A stretch of 64,000 nucleotides of DNA from Minisyncoccota bacterium (GTDB taxonomy: Bacteria > Patescibacteriota > Minisyncoccia > JBAYJV01). Positions 54,132-61,767 of this stretch are shown piece by piece. The notes beneath the pieces were generated by a model, which saw only the letters and a program-made list of their open reading frames with translations, was not told where the DNA came from and did not search any database. The position numbers and the translations under genes were made by a program. The stretch is taken from contig JBAYJV010000003.1 in assembly GCA_041664925.1 (NCBI GenBank), positions 21,179-85,178 on the forward strand, written 5' to 3'. Position 1 is the stretch's first letter; every line of letters starts with the position of its first letter.

Positions 54132-54670
54132 GGGTTACGTTCTTGAGGCAAAGAAAAGGTATACAGATGGAGACTGTCAGAGGAGCCGACAGTATCGGTT
54201 CCTACGATGTCGTAAGGAGAATTGTGGAACTCCTGGAAAGTTCGGCAACGAACTTGATCAGGGCGGGTAAAGACAATCTATTCCTCTACTCCTACGATAC
54301 CGTCACGGATGAACCAGTTTGTGATGTGTACCATGGATTTTTCGATAGTGATCGTAGATACTTACTCATCATTCTTCTGTATCAGGAATTGGACAGGAGA
54401 TTGAGAGATAAAAATCTCAATGGGTTTGAGGAGGGATTCGTCGGTGTTTACATGCCGGGACTTCTCGATAATCCAGAGATTAGTATCGAAACAAAGTTCA
54501 AGACGGTTGCTGCCGTTCTCTATGGCGGGGCGCGGCGACGAAGTGATGTCGAGCGTCTCATGGAGAAGGATTGGAAGGATCTCATCGCGGCGATCCGAAT
54601 CGCTCAGAGTGAGGGAATCGGCGCGGTCGAGGTTCTCAATTTCATCGAACAACAACCAGTTGCCGCTTAG
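54128..54670 (+). CDS. Hypothetical protein, paralog of 43476-44027
   Basis: Shared motifs with 43476-44027; also shares the TTAGGAGAGCGG 3' end. Confidence 0.7.
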   Translation: MRVTFLRQRKGIQMETVRGADSIGSYDVVRRIVELLESSATNLIRAGKDNLFLYSYDTVTDEPVCDVYHGFFDSDRRYLLIILLYQELDRRLRDKNLNGFEEGFVGVYMPGLLDNPEISIETKFKTVAAVLYGGARRRSDVERLMEKDWKDLIAAIRIAQSEGIGAVEVLNFIEQQPVAA

Positions 54671-54861
54671 GAGAGCGGCCTGTCCCCCGGTAAACGACCG
54701 GGGGACTTTTTTATTGAAAAATATTGCATTTTATTAATTATATAGTATGATAAATTTGTTTCTTGATAGCGAATTGGTTGGAAAATATTCTTACTAATTT
54801 GCTGTCAAGACAGACAGTTATCTAGCAATCGGGCTGGATATTCCCAAGACAGGGAGGGTGT

Positions 54862-55287
54862 ATGGATTTTGTAAGTCGTGTCAATCAAAATCAGTCTAAA
54901 CATACTGCTCTTTTGGTGGCAGAACAGGCCTTTCGTCATAATTTTCCTGACGCCAAAATCATTGGAATTGATGGAGTGTTCAATTTTCTTTATATGGACG
55001 AGACGATACCACATTTGCTTGCGATTATTGATTACAGTTTTGAGACGGAAGAATGGCAGTGCCGAAAAGGAAAAAAGTATAACCAAGTTAGGATCTCTGT
55101 TAGTTTAAGAATGCATAGAGATTTTCCAACCTGGGTTCCTGTTGAAACGGTTAAAGTCATAAAGTTAGAAGAGTTTATTGAAGTCGATATCAAAACAGCT
55201 GAGTTTATTGTCAAAACAAGTCATGATGCCATGAGAGAATGGAATCCTAAGTGGGAACTTGTTCCTTTGCCGAAAAAAAGCCAATAG
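54862..55287 (+). CDS. Hypothetical protein behind three-hairpin leader
   Basis: GGGAGG SD; terminator about 55297-55327. Confidence 0.6.
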   Translation: MDFVSRVNQNQSKHTALLVAEQAFRHNFPDAKIIGIDGVFNFLYMDETIPHLLAIIDYSFETEEWQCRKGKKYNQVRISVSLRMHRDFPTWVPVETVKVIKLEEFIEVDIKTAEFIVKTSHDAMREWNPKWELVPLPKKSQ

Positions 55288-55441
55288 AGTTTCATTCAGG
55301 GGAGTCAGCGTGCTTCCCTGTTTTTTTGATTAAAAAAACTTATGTTATTTTATATTATTTCTATACCACTAATGAAATATGTGGGAGGCTCAGCCTCCCA
55401 CATATTTCAAATTCAAATATTAAATATGATATAATTTTAAT

Positions 55442-56125
55442 ATGAGAAAAATAGAATTCATAACATCCGATATATACTTATATCACATCTACAATCGTGG
55501 AGTAGACAAGCGAAACATTTTTTTAGAAAATGATGATTATGTTCGTTTTATTCATGATCTTTTTGAGTTTAACGATACAAGACCGGCTAGAGAATTTTCT
55601 CGTGCAAAAAATATAATTATTGATCAAGAGAAAAGAAAATTGAAAGTTGAAATTCTTGCTTTCTGTCTTATGCCAAATCATTTTCATTTATTATTAAAGC
55701 AAAAAGAAGATAGGGGAATTAAAGAATTTATGCATAAAATAGGAACTGGATATACGATGTATTTTAATAGGAAAAACAAGAGATCGGGAGTATTATTCCA
55801 GGGTAGATTTAAGGCAAAACTTATAGACAATGAACCATATTTCAAGTATATGCCCCACTATATTCATGCCAATGCGTTGGATTTATTCCAGTCTGATTGG
55901 CGTGAACAAAGCATAAAAAACATAAAACAAGCATTAGAATTTTTAAAAAAATATCGTTGGTCTAGTTGTTCAGATTATTTGGGGAAAAAGAATTTTCAAT
56001 CGGTTATATCAAAGAATTTTATTGATAGCATGTGGGGGAATTCAGAACATTATCAACAAGACCTTGAAGAATATATCAAAAATAGAGATATGTGGGAGGC
56101 TGAGCCTCCCACATATCTCGGATGA
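55442..56125 (+). mobile_element. REP-associated tyrosine transposase, copy 3
   Basis: YHIYNRG, MPNHFHLLL, YRWSS; ATGTGGGAGGC-NNN-GCCTCCCACAT hairpins at 55374-55408 and 56085-56119. Confidence 0.9.
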
Positions 56126-56206
56126 ATTCAAAACAAGTATTGAATATTTATCATTCAGAACGATTGACTTTTGAAGTTAAATAGAATAAAATATTACTAT
56201 AATTAT

Positions 56207-56258
56207 GCCCAGGTGGCGGAATTGGTAGACCTGCCGGCAGGCAGGCGCGCAAGTCTCA
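56207..56258 (+). pseudogene. 5' half of tRNA-Leu with palindromic insert in D-arm
   Basis: GCCCAGGTGGCGGAATTGGTAGAC[ctgccggcaggcagg]CGCGCAAGTCTCA, ends in the anticodon loop. Confidence 0.75.
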
Positions 56259-56271
56259 TTAACAGAAAATT

Positions 56272-56514
56272 ATGGCAGATAAATATTGTATATATGTTAT
56301 TAAGAGTATTTCTCATAAGTACATATATGTAGGGTTAACTAATAATTACGAAAGAAGAATTAATCAACATAACAAAGGCAAGGAAAGAACGACAAGACAT
56401 TATCGTCCTTTTAAATCGGTTTTAACAGAAGAGTTTAAGACTCGAATAGAAGCGAGAAAAAGAGAAAAGTATCTTAAATCAGGTATTGGCAAGGAATATT
56501 TAAAATCAATATAA
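56272..56514 (+). CDS. Stand-alone GIY-YIG nuclease
   Basis: YCIYVIKS..IYVGLTNNYERRINQHN..ARKREKYLKSGIG. Confidence 0.9.
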   Translation: MADKYCIYVIKSISHKYIYVGLTNNYERRINQHNKGKERTTRHYRPFKSVLTEEFKTRIEARKREKYLKSGIGKEYLKSI

Positions 56515-56521
56515 TGTTTAT

Positions 56522-56605
56522 GCCGGGGTGGCGGAATTGGCAGACGCGCACGACTCAAAATCGTGTGAGATTACTCTCATGTGGGTTCGATTCCCACCTC
56601 CGGCA
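56522..56605 (+). tRNA. tRNA-Leu(CAA)
   Basis: GCCGGGG/CTCCGGC acceptor, CACGA-CTCAAAA-TCGTG anticodon arm, long variable arm, GTTCGATTC. Confidence 0.93.
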
Positions 56606-56610
56606 TATTA

Positions 56611-56707
56611 TAGCGGAATTGGTAGACCTGCCTGCCGGCAGGCAGGCGCGCAGGTCTCAAAAACCTGTGAGATTACTCTCATGTGGGTTCGATTCCCACC
56701 TTGGGCA
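56611..56707 (+). pseudogene. 5'-truncated tRNA-Leu(CAA) copy with CCTGCCTGCCGGCAGGCAGG insert
   Basis: Lacks the 5' acceptor strand; its 3' end CTTGGGCA can pair with GCCCAGG at 56207. Confidence 0.75.
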
Positions 56708-56734
56708 CGAGTTTTATTTTTTTAAAGGAAAATT

Positions 56735-57394
56735 ATGAATTTGGAAAAACATCAACCATTACCAGACGAAATAAAAAAGGCAGAAGATTTTTTAACAGAC
56801 GAACAGAAAGAAATGAGCGAAGAGCGAGAAAAAAGCTTTCTTATTCCGGATAGTATAAATTTCGATAATAATAGAAATACTTTATTAATTGGCATTAATA
56901 GAGATATGATTGATTTTGGTATTTTAAGTGAATTGGCAAACGAAAATGGACTTGAAGTAAAAGACAAATTTCATATTACTGTTTTGGGTTTTAAAAATGG
57001 CAGTGAAATTAAAAAAGTTTTAAAGGCATTGCCAGAAGAGGAAAAACAGAGCATTCTCTTGCAAATAAAATCTCTTGCAAGTAGCACAGATTGGAGTTTT
57101 GTGCTTGAGCCAAAAAGATACCATATTTCTAAAGAATACACTACGCCAGATCCTAGAGACAAAAGCGTCGAGCTAAAAGAACGCAGGGAGTCATATATTC
57201 AGATGGTTCACTTGCCTGGCATGAGAATATTTTACGAAAAATTGAATACTATTCTTGGAACTAACCTTGAAGCTCCTCCTGCTCATATAACTCTTTATAC
57301 TGGTGGTAATGATAGAGAGAAATCAAAAATGGGTATCGGCATAAACTCACAGGAAGAGTTTTTAAAATTAAATCCCGAATTGATTCAGCTATAA
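56735..57394 (+). CDS. 2H phosphoesterase-like protein
   Basis: Two HxT motifs (FHITV, AHITL). Confidence 0.7.
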   Translation: MNLEKHQPLPDEIKKAEDFLTDEQKEMSEEREKSFLIPDSINFDNNRNTLLIGINRDMIDFGILSELANENGLEVKDKFHITVLGFKNGSEIKKVLKALPEEEKQSILLQIKSLASSTDWSFVLEPKRYHISKEYTTPDPRDKSVELKERRESYIQMVHLPGMRIFYEKLNTILGTNLEAPPAHITLYTGGNDREKSKMGIGINSQEEFLKLNPELIQL

Positions 57395-57550
57395 TTTTCA
57401 AGCTCGTTATTTATCTCGAACATAATAAAAAGACTTTAACGGGTCTTTTTTTATGGAGAGAAATTGATTTCGCTTGACTTTTTGTGATAAATTGTTATAA
57501 TGCAATATGTACTTTAAAAATTCATAAGCGTTTTAAAAAGGAGGAAAAGA

Positions 57551-58321
57551 ATGAAAGTCAATGTTATTGGCGGGGTTTCGGATAGTGGTCGTATTAGCAT
57601 TGAATCTGATCTCTTTATTTCTACTGCTCGTATCAATAGACACGGCGACATTGTACAGGAAACCAAACGCAAATCGCCTTTTCGTGTTTTTTTAAGCAAA
57701 TGTAGTAGATTTCCAATACCTCGATTAGTTTCTGTGGCATTACAGATGCTTGGCAATTCCAAAGATCTGTTGTCGAGTGTTGGTGGCTTTGCTTTTATTT
57801 ACATTGTTGTTTTCCTGGTAGGTAAATACATTCCAAGGAAACCGCTTCTGCCACTTAATAGCTGGTATGGAGATTTGCTGTTTGCGTCTTTTTCTATCAT
57901 TTTCTTCTTGCTTTATGCGCGGTTTTTTGTCGCCAAATACCATGCAGCAGAACATATGGCGATCAACTCATACGAAAAAACAGGATCAGTCGATATTGAT
58001 GACATCAGAAAGGGAAAAAGAATTGATATTTACTGCGGCGGGCGCTTTGTGTTTCCGATGATATTAATGGTAATCTTACTAAATGCACTTAATCTTGATA
58101 GCGCTATCGCCTATATCATTGGACTTGGTTGTATTTTTGAGATTGATAGTAGAGTAATAAAATGGAGCAGGATTCCTGTATTTGCCCAAGCATCGTGGTT
58201 GCTCCAGAAATATGTGACGACACAAAAACCGGGAGCTCAGGAATTGCTTGTTGCACAGAGAGCGCTTCAGGGTCTTGTTGCTGCCCATGAAGAATTAGGA
58301 AGGGAATCGAGCAAGAGCTAA
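57551..58321 (+). CDS. DUF1385-like membrane protein
   Basis: YHAAEHMAINSYE, YCGG, LQKYVTTQKP. Confidence 0.75.
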   Translation: MKVNVIGGVSDSGRISIESDLFISTARINRHGDIVQETKRKSPFRVFLSKCSRFPIPRLVSVALQMLGNSKDLLSSVGGFAFIYIVVFLVGKYIPRKPLLPLNSWYGDLLFASFSIIFFLLYARFFVAKYHAAEHMAINSYEKTGSVDIDDIRKGKRIDIYCGGRFVFPMILMVILLNALNLDSAIAYIIGLGCIFEIDSRVIKWSRIPVFAQASWLLQKYVTTQKPGAQELLVAQRALQGLVAAHEELGRESSKS

Positions 58322-58362
58322 AAACAGTACAAAGTCAATCAATAAAGGAGATGAGATAAATC

Positions 58363-58650
58363 ATGATAGATGTTATTCCTGGATTGAAACTGATTAAACA
58401 CAATGCCACTGATATACATCGACCCGATGATCCTACTTTTCCGTTCAGATTGGAAGTCAGTTTTCACCCACCGCAACTTACGGATCGGACATTTGTTGGA
58501 TTATCTAGTTGTAGTGATGAGCTTATTATGCGTGGCATGACCAAAGAAGCGATAGATGAATTTGTTAGAAGAAGTGGTTTTCGAACTCATCCGCGACTTC
58601 GTCGTCTGACGATCACTGGTCCTGAGGGTGTTGTAGAACAGTTGCCCTAA
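58363..58650 (+). CDS. Hypothetical protein
   Basis: AAGGAG SD, terminator about 58667-58714. Confidence 0.55.
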   Translation: MIDVIPGLKLIKHNATDIHRPDDPTFPFRLEVSFHPPQLTDRTFVGLSSCSDELIMRGMTKEAIDEFVRRSGFRTHPRLRRLTITGPEGVVEQLP

Positions 58651-58809
58651 GGATGACAATCCATTATACTCCCTGCGGAATTCGTTAAGAACGAAAATCC
58701 AAAGGGAGTTTTTTTATTAACAAAAACTTAATCTGCTTGACTTCTTTGTCAATTATGATAGATTATCTACATGTACTTTAGTTTGATTGTTTTTTAAAAA
58801 GGAGGAAAC

Positions 58810-59139
58810 ATGGCAGAAGTCAGGCAAGTAGAATCTTTAGATGATGTTTTTCAGAGAATTTGCGATCGCATAAGATCACAATTTCAGGATAGCACTTTCC
58901 ATTTTCTTTCATTTAAAGGTTGGCGTTATTTACAAAAAAGTCATGAGTATTTTTCATTCTGGTTTATACATCTTAAAACATGGAAAACCTTAGTCGCTGT
59001 CAGGCTTGGAGATACAAATGTTGTGAAATGCGGTTGTTACGATCTATCTATTTTTCGTGTAATAGAAGAAGAAATGACCAAATACGCTGAGCAGATGGGT
59101 ATAGATAAGATCATACTTGAAAAAGTCCATGACGAATAG
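58810..59139 (+). CDS. Hypothetical protein
   Basis: Own promoter, AAGGAGG SD, terminator about 59150-59180. Confidence 0.55.
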   Translation: MAEVRQVESLDDVFQRICDRIRSQFQDSTFHFLSFKGWRYLQKSHEYFSFWFIHLKTWKTLVAVRLGDTNVVKCGCYDLSIFRVIEEEMTKYAEQMGIDKIILEKVHDE

Positions 59140-59213
59140 AGAATAAATGGTGGTTAGCGCAGATGCTAGCCACTTTTTTTATAAAAAAATCCCCCGGTTA
59201 CTTACCGGGGGAG

Positions 59214-59321
59214 CGCCTGAGGCTAGCTATTGCCTCTACGGCTTTGGCTCGCCTTTCCTCCTTTGTTGCCTACGCAGAATTGGCTCGCCTTGAGGCTTTT
59301 ATTGCCTCCTGAATATTGGCT
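59214..59321 (-). repeat. 3-unit dual-spacer (TIGR-like) mini-array
   Basis: Exactly 108 nt = 3 x [AGCCA-N9-AGGCAAYA-N9-AGGCG] on the minus strand; terminator hairpin 59190-59211. Confidence 0.88.
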
Positions 59322-59329
59322 GTATCGAA

Positions 59330-59403
59330 ATGTTAGTATATTGATAATAAAAAGTCAATAATTACAAAAAACTCTTGACTTTTTGACAATCTTGTCATAG
59401 GAT
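59330..59403. promoter_or_regulatory. Back-to-back sigma70 promoters (mini-array / tas gene)
   Basis: Minus: TTGACT(59358-53)-17-TAACAT(59335-30); plus: TTGACT(59375-80)-17-TAGGAT(59398-403). Confidence 0.65.
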
Positions 59404-59560
59404 ATAGGAGTTCTTCAAAAAATGGCAGTAAACAATCCGCCTACACTAAACCTGCCTGACGCCTGCCTGTCGGCAGACGGGGCAGTCAGGGTTTCGGCGG
59501 GATGTAAGATTTCTTAATTGTTCGCCAAGCTCACAAAAGAAAACTGACAAAGGAGGCAAC

Positions 59561-60636
59561 ATGCCAAGAAAGGGAAGCGGAACGGCGGTGCTTGGTCCGG
59601 AGACTCAAGAGATTATTGATGCGGTGAAGGTTAGTCCGCTAAGCACACTCTATAATATGTTTAGAGATGTTGAGCAACTAAGAGTTCGTTATGCAACAAG
59701 ACAAACACATCTGGGAAAAAAGTAGTCTGTCCTGATTGCACTAAGCGTTGGCCAAATATTTCCGCAAGAGCGACATGGATCCCAAATGCAGTAGTCAAAT
59801 CTTGTCCTCATTGTACGCAATGTGGCAGAAACCTCTCTATTTACAGAAAAGAAAACGATAATGAAGAGGGTGTGGAAAAGAAAGAAAGAAGTTTGCCGAC
59901 AACTTGTCCTATTTGCGGAGGAAGAGTTTGTGGTCAGACAAAATTTGATCGCGCTCCAAAAGTTGATCTTTTAGTTAGAAAGTATCTGCCAAATTTCGAA
60001 AAGCTTGAAAAAGAACTGAAATCAGCGCTTGAAAAGAGAGTTAAGGATCATCCTCTTTGGCAGGCTTGGGCTAAGGATGTAAAGGGCTTAGGTGCGGCGA
60101 CTCTTGGCAGAATCATGGGGATGTGTGATATCAATCGGTTGCCGACAGTAACCAAGATGTGGGCGCATGCGGGTCTTGGTCTTAAAGAAGGTAAACCCCA
60201 AAGACGCCAAAAAGGCAAGCCGCTTGACTATAATGATCAATTGAGATCGGCTTTTTATCTCTTGGGCAATTCTTTAATGATGCAAAAGGGAGCTTACTAT
60301 GACTTCTATTTAATGCAAAGAGAGCGAGCCGAGGAACTTGGGTATTCCAAAGGACATGCCCATAATGACGCTCGATTTAAGATGTTGAGACTGGTTGCGT
60401 CTCACATTTGGCGGAAGTGGCGAGAGGTTGAGGGACTTCCTACGCCCATGCCTTATGTGATCGAATGCCTTGGTCATAGGGACTATATTCCTCCTGAGAA
60501 TTGCACAGGAGAAAAATTCAAGGGATTTGTAAGTTTGCCGGAAACGCCGGAAAGCATCAAGGCAAGGCGAGAAGCTGATGCCAAAAGAGCAGCAGCACAA
60601 GCTGCTTTAGTGGATTCTGAACAAGAAACGGCTTAG
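59561..60636 (+). CDS. IS110-related Nop-fold RNA-binding protein, TasA-like; spans a -1 frameshift at 59716-59722; Zn-ribbon insert
   Basis: AAGGAGG SD + ATG 59561 gives a 54-aa ORF with LYNMFRDVEQLRVRYATR helix. The -1 frame is open from 59713 to 60636 with HPLW..VKGLG..KMWAHAGL..YNDQLR..GHAHNDARFKM..W..WR..EGLP. No DEDD RuvC and no IS110 catalytic SG seen. Confidence 0.8.
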
Positions 60637-60642
60637 AGAGAC

Positions 60643-60671
60643 GAGGGTAGTGGAAGCACTACCCTCTTTTT
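60643..60671 (+). terminator. Rho-independent terminator after tas-like gene
   Basis: GAGGGTAGTG-GAAG-CACTACCCTC-TTTTT. Confidence 0.85.
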
Positions 60672-60785
60672 ATTGACCGTGTTTCTGAATAAGTGAAGAT
60701 TACACAGTCAATAATACCGCACCGTATTGATGCTGGTGCGGGGTATTGTTATTTCTATAATAATTATGCTTTGGCGAAGGAGGAA

Positions 60786-60829
60786 TTGACAATTATATGA
60801 AAATTAATATAATAAAGAAGAGTTCTTTG
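60786..60829 (+). promoter_or_regulatory. Array promoter with boxA-like element
   Basis: TTGACA(60786)-16-TATAAT(60808), then GTTCTTTG. Confidence 0.7.
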
Positions 60830-60843
60830 GTAATTAAAAAATC

Positions 60844-61766
60844 AGCCTTAAGGAGGAAGGCAATAATCATATTCAGGCAAGTCAAATGATACTAGGCAAC
60901 AATACGTTGCAGACGAGCTATTCAAGGACAAGCAATAATTGAATAGAGGCGAGCCCTTCGATTTCACTCAGGGCAAGCCAAATACCGAAAGGCAACAATC
61001 ATATTCAGGCGAGCCAAGGTACTATATGCAACAAACAAGAACAGGCGAGCTTTTCGACTTCGCTCAGAGCAAGCCAATCTCACACAGGCAATACGGCGCA
61101 AGAGGCGAGTCAAGCAGACAGAGGCAATAAACACGCAAAGACGAGTCCTTCGATGGATTCGACCCTTCAACTGGGTTCAGGGCAGGTAAACTCACCACAA
61201 GCTTCACTCAGGACAAGCCAAATACACGGAGGCAACAAGGCCACTTGGGCGAGCTCTTCGACTTCGCTCAGAGCAAGCCAATCACATACAGGCAATACAG
61301 TGACCTAGGCGAGCCAATGGACACAAGGCAATAATTACCGGTAGGCGAGCTAATACTTCTTAGGCAACAAACAAGGGTAGGCGAGCCAAAGCATGGCAGG
61401 TAACAATGGAGGTAAGGCGAGCCACAAGGAGTGAGGCAATAACCATATATAGGCGAGTCTTTCGGAGGTAAGCAACAATTCACATCAGACGAGTTGTACA
61501 ATACTAGGCAATAATACGTCGCAGGCGAGCCAATTGTGGAGAGGCAATAACGTGGTAAAGGCGAGTCCTTCGACTTCGCTCAGGGCAAGCCAACATTAGT
61601 GAGGCAATAAAGAGGGTAAGGCGAGCCAATTCATAGCAGGCAACAAAGACGAGAAGGCGAGCCAAAGATCTACAGGCAACAAGCGTCCTAGGCGAGCCAG
61701 ATATGTATAGGCAATAAGCTAGGAGAGGCGAGTCAACTCACCTCAGGCAGTAGTCAGGAAAAGACA
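60844..61766 (+). repeat. 21-unit dual-spacer 36-nt tandem guide-like array (TIGR-like)
   Basis: Hand-parsed AGCCA-N9-AGGCAAYA-N9-AGGCG with variable 9-nt spacers (one 8 nt); five hairpin inserts between units. Confidence 0.92.
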
Positions 61767-61767
61767 T

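Noticed and set aside
56514-56738. ORFs 56514-56738 and 56528-56725
   Set aside because: Overlap tRNA-Leu and its pseudo-copy
59872-60636. Active IS110 transposase
   Set aside because: No DEDD RuvC domain even after restoring the N-terminus, no catalytic SG motif, and it is flanked by guide-like arrays rather than IS ends
60777-60877. Self-targeting by mini-array spacers (aaggaggaa at 60777 and 60850; atattcagg at 60869)
   Set aside because: Only single 9-nt halves match; the partner spacer's complement is not adjacent, and AAGGAGGAA is a common SD-like word here
60939-61501. Short ORFs inside the array (60939-61130, 60964-61170, 61268-61501)
   Set aside because: By-products of the 36-nt period; no SD and frames are broken by stops
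60844-61766. CRISPR array
   Set aside because: Constant parts are only 8 and 10 nt and alternate with 9-nt spacers; no 25-40-nt repeat and no cas genes in the window
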